Below are positions 1 through 12,817 of a stretch of DNA of 64,000 nt, one piece after another. Both the position numbers and the translations under genes were made by a program. Numbering within the stretch: the stretch's first letter is position 1; the number at the start of each line of letters is the position of its first letter. The notes beneath the pieces were generated by a model. The model had not been told where the DNA came from. It searched no databases and saw nothing but the letters and a program-made list of their open reading frames with translations. This stretch comes from Octopus bimaculoides (taxonomy: Eukaryota): positions 49,722,254 through 49,786,253 of the forward strand of contig NC_068999.1 in the NCBI RefSeq assembly GCF_001194135.2. The letters run 5' to 3'.

Positions 1-756
1 TATATATAATAATAATAATAATAATAATAACAATAATAATAATAATAATAGGGATAAAATCCCAAATTACTGGTAAAAACTCAATTAAAATCAATTTATT
101 AAAAATTAATATTAAATTAAGTTTCACAGTATAAAATATATATAAATATATATTATATATCTTATGATATTTACTTTGTATTATGTTATACTTATTTACT
201 GTGCTTCTAATTATTAATTTTTGTATATGTGACAGTGGATTTTCATCGATGAGTTCATGAACCTTTCCCTGAAACTATATACATATATATATACACTCAC
301 ACACACACACACACATATATATACATATATATATGGGAGAATATACAAATAATAACAACAGACGAGGACAGGTGGTGTAAATAACAAAAGTATATATTAG
401 TATGACGCTCGGGAATACGGAAAGTATATATATACATATATATACATATATATATTTATTTGTCTGCGTTTGTATGTATGTGTGTATGTGTGTGAATGCG
501 TGTGTGTGTATACGTATATATATATATATGTTTATGAGTGAGTGTGTGTGTGATCTTATGTGTGAATGACTGTATGTATGTGCGTATCATTGTATTGGTC
601 TTACTACCAACCGCTGGATAATGGGAGTCCCTTTGTTTCCGTCCCCGTAACCTAGAGGTTACCGAAAATGATGGTGATAGGATAAGTACCACACTTTAAA
701 AAAAAACGTGTGTGTTTGTCCCAAAACACCGCCTGACAACCAGTTTTCGTGTGCTT

Positions 757-1021
757 ACTTGTTTCGTTCATTAGAGTACGGCCATGCTGGGGCTCTACCT
801 TGAAGAATTTTTAGTCGAATGAATGGACCCCAGGTATTAATTTTTGTTAAGCCTGGTACTTATCCCATCGATCTCTTTCGCCGAACCGCTAATTTACGTG
901 ATACCGACACCGGTTGTCAAGCGGTGTTGGGGGACAAACACAGACATGAAGACACTCACACACATATGTATTTGTGTGCTTGTGTGTGCGTGTGTGTGTG
1001 TGTGTGTGTATGTGTGTATGC

Positions 1022-1060
<39 letters not shown>

Positions 1061-1125
1061 TATATACGACGGACTTCTTTCAGAGTCCCTCCAACAAATC
1101 TATTCACTAGGCTCCGCTCGGCCCG
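757..1125 (-). mobile_element. SINE family A copy (3' half plus internal CA/TG microsatellite), cut by an assembly gap
   Basis: Reverse complement matches the 17116-17485 copy (ggacaaacacagac, ggttgtcaagcg, ccgaaccgctaa, ggccatgctgg, gacggacttctttcag). Confidence 0.85.
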
Positions 1126-1898
1126 NNNNNNNNNNNNNNNNNNNNNNNNNNNNNNNNNNNNNNNNNNNNNNNNNNNNNNNNNNNNNNNNNNNNNNNNNNN
1201 NNNNNNNNNNNNNNNNNNNNNNNNNNNNNNNNNNNNNNNNNNNNNNNNNNNNNNNNNNNNNNNNNNNNNNNNNNNNNNNNNNNNNNNNNNNNNNNNNNNN
1301 NNNNNNNNNNNNNNNNNNNNNNNNNNNNNNNNNNNNNNNNNNNNNNNNNNNNNNNNNNNNNNNNNNNNNNNNNNNNNNNNNNNNNNNNNNNNNNNNNNNN
1401 NNNNNNNNNNNNNNNNNNNNNNNNNNNNNNNNNNNNNNNNNNNNNNNNNNNNNNNNNNNNNNNNNNNNNNNNNNNNNNNNNNNNNNNNNNNNNNNNNNNN
1501 NNNNNNNNNNNNNNNNNNNNNNNNNNNNNNNNNNNNNNNNNNNNNNNNNNNNNNNNNNNNNNNCATACTGCGTTTTCATCTTTTGTAAGTAAAACGCTTC
1601 ACTACACATAGTGTTTTCGTGCGGAAAATTATTTCTTGGGCAAACATTTTTATTATTATTTTTTTTTTTTGTATTTAAAACATAAGCAGAACATGACATG
1701 CAGCTAACATATCCCTGTGTGCAAAATCAGAAAAAAACTTGCAAAGACTGGATTTTTATTGAACCATAAGCCACATACAAAGAAACCTATTCTGACGGTG
1801 ATACGTATATACGTACGTGCACACAGATACACGCACAAACATACACACAGACACACCACCCTATATATATGTATGTATGTATGTATGTATAATGTATA

Positions 1899-2127
1899 CA
1901 GGGATGGGCAAAAGTAGGTATTCAGTTGCTTAATATGAGTGGGCTTTCCATTCACTCAAAGACCTCAGAAATTAAAAAGAAGGGCTGTCAATGAGCTAGG
2001 CGTCTCCCACGGACCCCTTTGTCGAATTATGAATCTCGTAGGTTAAAGAAAAAAAAAAAAAAGAAATAGAGAGATGAAATGAATATTCTGCTCGTACTAA
2101 GTAACTGTGCACCTATCTTTGCCCATG
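1899..2127 (+). mobile_element. Miniature Tc1/mariner element with a transposase HTH remnant
   Basis: TA at both ends. TIRs ATGGGCAAAAGTAGGTATTCAGTT (left) and revcomp ATGGGCAAAGATAGGTGCACAGTT (right). Bases 1954-2043 read TQRPQKLKRRAVNELGVSHGPLCRIMNLVG, resembling the RSPxKSxRRASxELG..RIL helix-turn-helix of mariner-like transposases. Confidence 0.7.
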
Positions 2128-2169
<42 letters not shown>

Positions 2170-2559
2170 ACAGATGCGCTACAGAGACACACATTATGAC
2201 ATATACGCTTAGACATAAATATAGAGACATGCCTATGTAGTTATGAGAAATGTCTGTGGAACTCAACGTTTATTGCAATAGAGTATCTTTACGCATATCA
2301 CGAGAGTATTTTTGTGTTTGCATAGTAGAATGGTTACGAAATTTCACTTGTCAACATCACTTCAGGGGTTCGATCCTGAAGCGTGGGCCTTTCAGCACTT
2401 GATTTCCACAGTGGCATCGGATCACCGCAACTTTTTAGAATGAAGTTGTTTCAACAGAAGGACTATGAAATGACCAGAGGTGTTTATCAGACATACGGTA
2501 ACATTCATTATTATATTATCCACATGCAGTTCCGTAAACCACACGACTAGGGCCATAAT

Positions 2560-2591
<32 letters not shown>

Positions 2592-2880
2592 TATATATAT
2601 ATATATATATATANNNNNNNNNNNNNNNNNNNNNNNNNNNNNNNNNNNNNNNNNNNNNNNNNNNNNNNNNNNNNNNNNNNNNNNNNNNNNNNNNNNNNNN
2701 NNNNNNNNNNNNNNNNNNNNNNNNNNNNNNNNNNNNNNNNNNNNNNNNNNNNNNNNNNNNNNNNNNNNNNNNNNNNNNNNNNNNNNNNNNNNNNNNNNNN
2801 NNNNNNNNNNNNNNNNNNNNNNNNNNNNNNNNNNNNNNNNNNNNNNNNNNNNNNNNNNNNNNNNNNNNNNNNNNNNNNNT

Positions 2881-3030
2881 TGACGTTCTGAGTTCAAATA
2901 CTACCAGGGTTGACTTTGCCTTTCATCCTTTCGGCGTCGATAAACTAAGTACCAGTTGAACACTGGAGGTCAACGTAATCGAATTTCCTCCTCTGCTGAA
3001 ATTTCTGGCCTTGTGCCAAAATTTGAAACT
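2881..3030 (+). mobile_element. SINE family B copy (5' end lost in gap)
   Basis: gttctgagttcaaat (B-box-like), gactttgcctttcatcctttcgg, taagtaccag, ggccttgtgcc; matches the other B copies. Confidence 0.85.
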
Positions 3031-3439
3031 AATATTATCTCAGTTGCATTTTAATTTAGATTCCATGTTTTAATTTCTAGTTTCTCTGATAATCTTTCCA
3101 TGCATCGGTTTCTCTCTGTTTTTGTCAATTTTGTTTGTTATTTTTTTATATTTCTCATTTTATTCTTCATTGTTTCTCGACGAACTATTTGACCTAAGCA
3201 TAAACAACTTTCCTGACGACACTGGCTTGCATTTGACTGCGTTGACATTGCTGTCGCTTATATTTTCGTCATAGCCTATTCAATTAAGCGTAGCCTAGTC
3301 AATTTTGTCTTTTGTGCAGAACATTGTAAGAGGGTTAATTGATCTTAGTAGATACTTCGAGAGAGAAATATGTGTCTTGTAACTAGAGAGTTTTGATGAT
3401 TATATTTAGGTATTTGAACATAGATTGCTTGTATGAACG

Positions 3440-3790
3440 CAGATATGTTTACTTGAACGAGGATTTGGTTGGTTAAGCGAAAATTCAGTGGTTGAACAAA
3501 TATTTGGGTCTCTGAGCATATGCTTCATTGGTTGATTCAACGATGATGTGATTGTCAGGACGAAGAAATGATTGGCTGAACGATAATGAAGGTAGCTGTT
3601 GTAGTTGATTGATTGCATGAATGTTATTTTTGTTGAATACATTTTTGGTTGGTTCAACGGACATGTGGTTGCATAAACGATTAATAGATAACTTGGTTGG
3701 CTGAACATTGATTGGCTGAACTTGGTTGGCTGAGTGAAGAAATGATTTATTAAACGAGAACCGGTTGGTTGGTCGGAGAGTTGGTAGCTA
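3440..3790. repeat. Degenerate minisatellite with a TTGGYTG core
   Basis: Repeated ttggttgg and tgattggctgaa motifs at irregular spacing. Confidence 0.6.
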
Positions 3791-4379
3791 GAAGACATGC
3801 TTCACTTCTGGATACAACATAATGTTAGAGTTACAACTCCTCTAATACTATGACGTCACTGCTATAACGCCTTTGAACATAAATCTTCTGACTCAGAGTT
3901 AAACTATGACTAAACAAAATTCGATACATCTAATCTAATGACAACATGATTTTCAGTTAATACGGCATTTCTGTATCACGATGAAGCTTGATACAAGCTT
4001 ACACACATCTGTTTATCGAAGATAAGGATTTGTGAGATAATCCCTATTTTTTTTTTGTTATGGGTTGAATCAGTTAAATGATTTACAGATGAATTGAAAA
4101 TTATTCAATAATAAAAATTGATACAAGACCATACGTTTTTAGTGTCAATTTAAGAGGCACAGATTGTATTACTGGTACTTATTTTAACGACTGGAGAGAA
4201 GTAAAGAGCGAACCAAACAGTGGAGGGACAAAACCACTTGTAGGTAAACTGTTGTTTTTCAGCTCTACAGTGACGTAACAAGAGCAAAAGCAGCAGTAGC
4301 AGTAGTAGCAGAAAGAACAACAACAACAATAACAACAACAACAAGAGCCTCAAGAACAATCAATCAAAAGATCAAAGAT

Positions 4380-4610
4380 CTTTCTCGGGCCATATGCTCA
4401 TAAGTCCGGTTTTCCGGATTCTATGACATGTGTCTTCCTTAACCCGGGCTCTTCGCAATAGATCTCAGTTCTGCCAGTGGACTAGAACGAAAGCAAACGA
4501 AGTGTTTTGCTCAAGAAAGCGACAATTTGCCCCCGGTAAAGAAATCGAAACCACAATCTTACGATCATGGGTGCAACACCCTAACCATTAATCCAAGCGC
4601 TTCCACATCA
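4380..4610 (-). mobile_element. SINE family D copy
   Basis: Reverse complement of the tRNA-like head (aatcgaaaccacaatcttacgatcatgggtgcaacaccctaacc) and of the gtgttttgctcaag body. Confidence 0.8.
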
Positions 4611-4704
4611 AGAACAGCAATAGCTTAGGTTAATGATCTGCGGTTATTCAATCTCATTCCACCGCCATCATTATTTTCAGACAATAGCAACAGTCAGCAT
4701 GGTC

Positions 4705-5295
4705 CGTAATCCTACCACCACCACCATCACCACCACCATCACCACAAATGACAGCATCAGCAACAACACAAACATCACGATTCTCATTAATAATCTGTCA
4801 TTAAACAATCAGCGTCACTTCCTAATGAATTCCACATTCTCGTCACCGGCGTGATTACCTTTTGTAACCAATGTTCGCCATTAGACAGTGTGAAGGTCAG
4901 TAATACTACGACCACCAGCAGCAGCAGCAGCAGCAGCAACACAAGCAACATGGTTTTCATTTTGACCACCAACGCTGTTCCATTACCACTACCGCCACCG
5001 TCACCCTCACCACTGTTACTGCTGCTGTTGCTGCTGCCGCTGGCTTTGCTGTTGTCGCTGCTGCACCTACCACCACCGTCGACAAGGTTCTCGTTAAGGT
5101 CATCACCGTTATTCCACTACCACCACCACCACCACCACCATCACCACTACAGCCACCACCATCATCACCACCACTAACAACAACTACGGAAACAACAATA
5201 AACAATGCCACCGGTAACAGTGATACAATCACCACCACTACCACTACCACAACCACCACCGCCGCCGCCGCCGCCACCACCACTACCACTACTAT
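4705..5295. repeat. Compound trinucleotide low-complexity tract (CAC/CAG/CTG/CCG/CTA)
   Basis: Visible runs of acc, gca, ctg, cac and ccg. Confidence 0.9.
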
Positions 5296-6220
5296 TCTCC
5301 TATACTAAAAGCCATTCCGGTCACTCCCCCCCCTTACCTCCTCGGATTGACCATTATCAGTATCAGCACACCTACATTAACCTGTCAGCAGATTTCATCT
5401 ACGAAAGACAAGATCAATCTCCACATGCCCCCTCCCCTCCCACCATCCCCNNNNNNNNNNNNNNNNNNNNNNNNNNNNNNNNNNNNNNNNNNNNNNNNNN
5501 NNNNNNNNNNNNNNNNNNNNNNNNNNNNNNNNNNNNNNNNNNNNNNNNNNNNNNNNNNNNNNNNNNNNNNNNNNNNNNNNNNNNNNNNNNNNNNNNNNNN
5601 NNNNNNNNNNNNNNNNNNNNNNNNNNNNNNNNNNNNNNNNNNNNNNNNNNNNNNNNNNNNNNNNNNNNNNNNNNNNNNNNNNNNNNNNNNNNNNNNNNNN
5701 NNNNNNNNNNNNNNNNNNNNNNNNNNNNNNNNNNNNNNNNNNNNNNNNNNNNNNNNNNNNNNNNNNNNNNNNNNNNNNNNNNNNNNNNNNNNNNNNNNNN
5801 NNNNNNNNNNNNNNNNNNNNNNNNNNNNNNNNNNNNNNNNNNNNNNNNNNNNNNNNNNNNNNNNNNNNNNNNNNNNNNNNNNNNNNNNNNNNNNNNNNNN
5901 NNNNNNNNNNNNNNNNNNNNNNNNNNNNNNNNNNNNNNNNNNNNNNNNNNNNNNNNNNNNNNNNNNNNNNNNNNNNNNNNNNNNNNNNNNNNNNNNNNNN
6001 NNNNNNNNNNNNNNNNNNNNNNNNNNNNNNNNNNNNNNNNNNNNNNNNNNNNNNNNNNNNNNNNNNNNNNNNNNNNNNNNNNNNNNNNNNNNNNNNNNNN
6101 NNNNNNNNNNNAGAGGAAAACAATCATACTAACACACACACACACACACATACACCAACACTAAATGCTTGTCTAGTGTGATATATATATGTGTATGCAT
6201 GTGTATGTGTGTATGTGTGC

Positions 6221-6265
<45 letters not shown>

Positions 6266-6266
<1 letters not shown>

Positions 6267-6620
6267 TAGAGCACATGGTTTGGTGGATAGGGTGTTGCAC
6301 TCACGATCGGCAGATCGTAATTTCAATTCCTAGAGCGGGTGGTGCGTTGTGTTCTTGAGCAAAACAGTTCATCTCTGGCTGATCTGCAATCAGTTCGACT
6401 CGTGGCGCATGGTACACCGTGCACCTGTTTAGACAACGTCGATTTAATAGAGAGAGTGAGCTAATGTCTTTCATGAACATTTGATGTAACCCAGTATCAA
6501 CCTGTTGCATGGTCGAGTCGTCGGTGACTAAACTGGCAACCCCATCGATCTTACTTGGTGAGGAGGGTGATTGCTGGACACCCCGCAGCACGAAAACATG
6601 ATTTGTCAAATGGTGGAAGT
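6266..6620 (+). mobile_element. SINE with a family-D head and a different body
   Basis: Head tggtttggtggatagggtgttgcactcacgatc...tttcaattcc, then gttgtgttcttgagcaaaaca; the downstream sequence differs from the copy at 36657. Confidence 0.7.
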
Positions 6621-7041
6621 GCTCATGAGCAGTCAACAGCCATCCAACAATATCTGTACATGTGTATGTATGCATGTACGTATGCGCGGACACGAGGAAA
6701 TACCTGGGTTGGTGTCCAGGTGTGCGGTTGGCCTACTGATTTCACAACATCTGTCTAGAAGAAGGAAACTCCGAGAGAAAACCTGCGACATCGACAATAT
6801 TTGATGATGTAGACTAGTTCTTCTTTTCGAGTTTATGTTGTCCATGTTCAGAAAGTGGGACTGGATTTATGCAAACCCTTCCCACTATAAAAAAATTGCC
6901 ATGCACAGGCATCGCTTGAAAAAAAAGCAAGACCTATTATATATATAATATCACATTCTGTAACAATACATCACTAAGGAAGCGTTTAAGATATACTATC
7001 TGGTTGTTCTGTCATGAAATAAATTCCTGAATTCCATCTAG

Positions 7042-7137
7042 TGACACTCCACAGAAATCTGAACACCGAATCCGCCAGATTCACAGAGCAAATATCAATT
7101 GTTTCTAATGCTAATGCAAATAGAAGCAAACATAAAT
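7042..7137 (+). CDS. Candidate coding exon (phase 1-1), xTLHRNLNTESARFTEQISIVSNANANRSKHK
   Basis: Acceptor ttccatctAG, donor AT|gtatga, 96 nt open; joins 7440 in frame (T+GC = Cys). Confidence 0.3.
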
Positions 7138-7439
7138 GTATGAACTTTGCCGTTTAGAGTGATATGCACTTTGTAGAGTATTATTTTATCAACTTCCGAA
7201 TAGCATCACATGTGAAAGTCATAAATTTGTAATATGGAAATGGAGAACATTAGGAAAAAGAAAACACAAACGAAAGTTACTCCATTTTAACTCTTTGATG
7301 TTGAACTGAATATGCAATAAAAAAAAACTCTATTCACACATTTAAGAGTACCATACCCAATGTAATACGATATTATTTCTCTGAACCCAAGCTTCAAAAA
7401 CTACCAATGTCCTACATATAATTTTATTATATTCCATAG

Positions 7440-7561
7440 GCATATACAAACGGTGTAATGACTCGAATTCAATCTATCACAGCCTTTCTGTACCGCAATC
7501 GTCTACCTCCACTTTGTCGCCATTTTCTTCGATTTCATGGAAAAATGTACTTATAAGAAAG
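7440..7561 (+). CDS. Candidate coding exon (phase 1-0), IYKRCNDSNSIYHSLSVPQSSTSTLSPFSSISWKNVLIRK
   Basis: Acceptor attccatAG, donor AAG|gtttgt, 122 nt open. Confidence 0.3.
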
Positions 7562-7864
7562 GTTTGTTGTTACAATCAACAGTTATTGGTCTATTGTTAT
7601 GTAAATAAATCTACCGCTATATATTTGTAAATATTTAGCAATGGATTCAACAGACAATATGAAAATATGCAGTTGTTCTCATAAGTACGAAGAAAACTCA
7701 TTCAAACCTCTTACAAAGTTTCATGCTTTCAAATAACTGCAGATTGTAACAAAGAATTATGAAAATGCTCAAATGCACTCATTATTGGAACTCTATATTA
7801 TTATCCTGCATCCACAAAACAAGTGTTTAAAAATAATATATTAGTTATATATAGTAGATATAAG

Positions 7865-8045
7865 AATCAATTCCAGGGGCCCTATTATCGATTTTTTTTG
7901 CATAAAATTTAAGTCTGGCACTAGTTTTCCAGACATGAGTTCTACTCACGTGTCAAGTTTCATCAATATCGAGAAAACGATGTAGGAGGAGTTAGATAAC
8001 AATGCCACAAACAAACATACCCGCAGATTTCCACATATATAGTAG
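7865..8045 (+). mobile_element. Possible non-autonomous Helitron/Helentron-like fragment
   Basis: aagtttcatcaatatcg...gtaggaggagttagataacaa...acaaacaaaca...tatatagtagat resembles, from memory, the 3' ends of HINE/Lep1-type elements; tatatagtagatata also occurs just upstream. Confidence 0.4.
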
Positions 8046-8106
8046 ATATATATATATATGTGTATAGGTATGTGACACAACAATAAAACTGTTATAGTAT
8101 ATATAG

Positions 8107-8149
<43 letters not shown>

Positions 8150-8222
8150 TATATATATACAGTTCCAAACATTGCGTCTGTCTGTATATGTGTGTGTGGA
8201 GTATGGTGTGTGTATGTGTGTG

Positions 8223-8282
<60 letters not shown>

Positions 8283-8669
8283 GACTCCATCGTAATCAAT
8301 CTGCCAGACTTCGGTTTCTTTGGTAAATTATTTCTGTTGTAAAAGAATTCCACGAATATTTAAAACCTCGTGCCATTTTCTCTATTCTTTCATTCTGTCG
8401 TTCTGCCATTCAGTTGTACTGTCTTTCTATCTCTTCTCACTTCGTTTGTTTCTCTCTTTGTTACGTTCATTATTCTTAATTTATTTCCTTTCTTTCACGA
8501 TAATTGTTTGTTTTTCTTATTTTCTACATTGTCTTTGTTTTCGTTTTTTTTTTTTTAGTTTCTATCTCTCTGGCTTTCGTTCTTTCAAACCTTTTTTCTC
8601 CAATTTTCGTTATATACTTATGTTTGTATGTACATATGCTGTACGTATGCATTTATATGAGTATGTATA

Positions 8670-8707
<38 letters not shown>

Positions 8708-10194
8708 NNNNNNNNNNNNNNNNNNNNNNNNNNNNNNNNNNNNNNNNNNNNNNNNNNNNNNNNNNNNNNNNNNNNNNNNNNNNNNNNNNNNNNNNNNNNN
8801 NNNNNNNNNNNNNNNNNNNNNNNNNNNNNNNNNNNNNNNNNNNNNNNNNNNNNNNNNNNNNNNNNNNNNNNNNNNNNNNNNNNNNNNNNNNNNNNNNNNN
8901 NNNNNNNNNNNNNNNNNNNNNNNNNNNNNNNNNNNNNNNNNNNNNNNNNNNNNNNNNNNNNNNNNNNNNNNNNNNNNNNNNNNNNNNNNNNNNNNNNNNN
9001 NNNNNNNNNNNNNNNNNNNNNNNNNNNNNNNNNNNNNNNNNNNNNNNNNNNNNNNNNNNNNNNNNNNNNNNNNNNNNNNNNNNNNNNNNNNNNNNNNNNN
9101 NNNNNNNNNNNNNNNNNNNNNNNNNNNNNNNNNNNNNNNNNNNNNNNNNNNNNNNNNNNNNNNNNNNNNNNNNNNNNNNNNNNNNNNNNNNNNNNNNNNN
9201 NNNNNNNNNNNNNNNNNNNNNNNNNNNNNNNNNNNNNNNNNNNNNNNNNNNNNNNNNNNNNNNNNNNNNNNNNNNNNNNNNNNNNNNNNNNNNNNNNNNN
9301 NNNNNNNNNNNNNNNNNNNNNNNNNNNNNNNNNNNNNNNNNNNNNNNNNNNNNNNNNNNNNNNNNNNNNNNNNNNNNNNNNNNNNNNNNNNNNNNNNNNN
9401 NNNNNNNNNNNNNNNNNNNNNNNNNNNNNNNNNNNNNNNNNNNNNNNNNNNNNNNNNNNNNNNNNNNNNNNNNNNNNNNNNNNNNNNNTATATATTTGTC
9501 TTTATCTGTATTTTCTCTTCATCATTTTGGTTGTCGTTTCGTTTCATTTCGTGTTGTTTTTATTGTTACCCCCATCATCTGAACACATGGAGGTCTTTCT
9601 CCAGAAATAATTACCAACAAATTGTTTCGTCAAGCAAATAAATGAGCTGATAAAAAGAAGCCAACATACTGACGTTTGATTTAATTCTTTTTATTCTGCT
9701 ATTATTTCCCTTGTCTTAGTTTTTTTACTCATTCATTTTTGTTTATCATTTATTCATACTTATTTTTTTATATATTTTTATATATTTCTTCTCTTTTCTT
9801 ATAATTAAGTATTTTAAAACTTAATTGTTGTTAATCTCTACGTTAACATTATGGATGATGGCTTCGAAGCTGGCAGTAATGTTTTCTCTTTTTCTTTTTG
9901 TTGTAGTTATTGTTTTTACTTAAGTCTACCGTTTGACCCTAATAGGGCAGATCTGTCATGAAAGGCGCTCCAGCCGTGAACATCTAATGTTTATCTGTGA
10001 GTGTATCACGGCTGCAACATATTGTGAGTGTACCACGGCTCCTAATATAACTTGCCTTCCATACAATTATCCATACAGAGAATTGTATGTACATACACGC
10101 ACACATGTGTGTCTGTGTTCGTGCGTGCGTGCGCATGTGTGTATGTGTGTGTGTGTATTTCTTGGTAGTCGTAAAGCAAAGTTATTTCCCGTGT

Positions 10195-10287
10195 AATCTA
10201 GAATTATGGGGCCGGTTTCCTGATTTCCATGGGGCACATATTTCCCCTCATCTCAGGACAAGACGCCGTTCAGTCTCAGGATTACTC

Positions 10288-10326
<39 letters not shown>

Positions 10327-10411
10327 TCATTTATTATTATTATCATTACACATTTATCATTAGTATTATCATTATTATTATTATTATTATTATTATTGCT
10401 ATTACTATTAA

Positions 10412-10447
<36 letters not shown>

Positions 10448-10597
10448 CATCATTATTATTTCTGCATGCCGAAAGGACTGGAGCAACGTGAAATGAAATG
10501 TTTTGCTCAAGAGCACAGCGTGTCGTCCTGTCCAGGAATTGAAACCGTAATCTTAAGGTCATGTGAGCAACAACCTAACCGCTAAGCCACGTGCCTC
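10195..10597 (-). mobile_element. SINE family D copy split by an internal (TTA)n expansion (about 10289-10460)
   Basis: Head revcomp aattgaaaccgtaatcttaaggtc...cctaaccgctaagccacgtgcctc; body ggactggagcaacgtgaaatg; the body continues on the far side of the TTA tract (ggccggtttcctgatttccatgg). Confidence 0.8.
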
Positions 10598-10669
10598 GTC
10601 ATATTCTTGCGTTCTGTTTAATTAAGTATGATGCCAGACGTTCAGATCAATAGTTTTAGACACAACAGG

Positions 10670-10768
10670 ACTCATAGACTTATATCGACCCCAGTGCTCA
10701 TCTGATACTTATTTTATTGATCCCCGAAAGGATGAAAGGTAAATGCGACCTCGGTGGAATTTGAACTC
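10670..10768 (-). mobile_element. SINE family B fragment
   Basis: atcgaccccagtg...ccccgaaaggatgaaaggtaaa...ggaatttgaactc. Confidence 0.85.
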
Positions 10769-10772
10769 ATAA

Positions 10773-10945
10773 GAATGGCTGTGTGGTAAGTAGCTTGCGT
10801 ACCAACTAATGGCTCCAGGTTCATTCCCACTGCATGGCACATTGGGCAAGCGTCTTCCACTATAGCCTCGGCCCGACCAAAGCCTTGTGAGTGGATTTGG
10901 TAGACGGAAACTGAAAGAAGCCCGTCGTATATATGTATATATATG

Positions 10946-10979
<34 letters not shown>

Positions 10980-11038
10980 CGCGCGCGCGCGTATATGTTT
11001 GTGTATCTGTGTTTGTCCCACCAACATCGCTTGACAAC
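10773..11038 (+). mobile_element. SINE family A copy (5' two-thirds)
   Basis: A-box-like tggctgtgtggtaag, B-box-like ggttcattccc, gccttgtgagtggatttggtagacggaaactgaaagaagcccgtcg, internal TA/TG tract. Confidence 0.9.
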
Positions 11039-11374
11039 ATCGCTTAAATGTACCATAGTAGTCGTGATCAGCTCAGGACTGAGAAGTCTGGAAGAGGAAG
11101 CTGTTTCATGCCTGCTCCGATGGTCTCGGACTTTGGATGGATGTGTCATTTTATTTGTAGAAGAATTTGATGTAATTTGTGTGTCATTTCCAGAAGATGG
11201 AGCGATCACAGAGAAACTCGCTCACATTTATGGTAACATTGGTCCCAGCAAGGTTTCACTCGGAATTTGCTTTCCTCTTAAAGAGTCTTCTTCCGCCTGT
11301 CCATCCAAGAAAACTTAAATCCAATATTTACCTTCTAATATTTGTAGCGTTTTCTACTTAAAGTAGACACGCAT

Positions 11375-11412
<38 letters not shown>

Positions 11413-12190
11413 CATTCGACATGAAGGGAGACAATCAATTTCTGACTGTTACTTCGCAGAGTTATCTCCTTTGTCCACGATAGTCACTGTGCGAGGTTGT
11501 TCTGACCTTAGAAGCCCAACTACTCCATATTACTCCACAAGTGGAAAATCTAAAAAGTGTAGAACCAACTGTGGAACTTAAGTGATGTATTTGCTAAGCG
11601 TGACGAAATCTGATGAAAATATTGATTTTACGTGGGGGTCAACGTAACGGCTGCACANNNNNNNNNNNNNNNNNNNNNNNNNNNNNNNNNNNNNNNNNNN
11701 NNNNNNNNNNNNNNNNNNNNNNNNNNNNNNNNNNNNNNNNNNNNNNNNNNNNNNNNNNNNNNNNNNNNNNNNNNNNNNNNNNNNNNNNNNNNNNNNNNNN
11801 NNNNNNNNNNNNNNNNNNNNNNNNNNNNNNNNNNNNNNNNNNNNNNNNNNNNNNNNNNNNNNNNNNNNNNNNNNNNNNNNNNNNNNNNNNNNNNNNNNNN
11901 NNNNNNNNNNNNNNNNNNNNNNNNNNNNNNNNNNNNNNNNNNNNNNNNNNNNNNNNNNNNNNNNNNNNNNNNNNNNNNNNNNNNNNNNNNNNNNNNNNNN
12001 NNNNNNNNNNNNNNNNNNNNNNNNNNNNNNNNNNNNNNNNNNNNNNNNNNNNNNNNNNNNNNNNNNNNNNNNNNNNNNNNNNNNNNNNNNNNNNNNNNNN
12101 NNNNNNNNNNNNNNNNNNNNNNNNNNNNNNNNNNNNNNNNNNNNNNNNNNNNNNNNNNNNNNNNNNNNNNNNNNNNNNNNNNNNNNNNNN

Positions 12191-12227
<37 letters not shown>

Positions 12228-12434
12228 TATGCTTATATATGTACATATTAATACATATAGATGCGTGCGTGTGTGCGTCCATGTGCACGTGTGTGTAAAT
12301 ATGTGCGCATTTTCTTGTATACGATGATTGCAATTACAAACCCAACGCTAAGAGTCTTGTAGGGTCAGCCATGTTTGCAAGATTGGCACGGATAACCATT
12401 AACCCTCTCTCTTTCTTTTCTTCTTTCTGACAAG

Positions 12435-12474
12435 TGCAGTCAACCAGATGAAGATACTACAACGAAATATTTAG
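12435..12474 (+). CDS. Candidate coding exon (phase 0-1), CSQPDEDTTTKYL
   Basis: Long polypyrimidine tract ending acaAG (alternative acceptor tgcAG at 12439); donor TAG|gtacgc. Confidence 0.35.
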
Positions 12475-12784
12475 GTACGCGTTAGTAATCATTGTTGCTG
12501 TGCATGCAGGTGTAGTCGCTGCCTTAGCCATTCAGATTGGTTAGGAATTTCGATTCGCAACGTTCAGGTCACGAGTTCGATTCCAGTACGCAGCTTCTTA
12601 GGTCAGTGACTTTTACAATAAACTCGTATGAAATGAGACTTTGTGGGAGAATCTGTGTGGGCCGAAGTTATATGGAAACTCCACTGAATAGATTAGCCTG
12701 AAATTTAAAGGGCCAACTCTACAACCCATAGCCCAAAACCTACAACTGCATATTTCTATAAACACATTCTGATACATGCATGTA

Positions 12785-12817
<33 letters not shown>

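Noticed and set aside
11045-11318. GC-rich segment open on both strands
   Set aside because: No convincing splice sites; the minus frame has two in-frame stops upstream; no recognisable motif.
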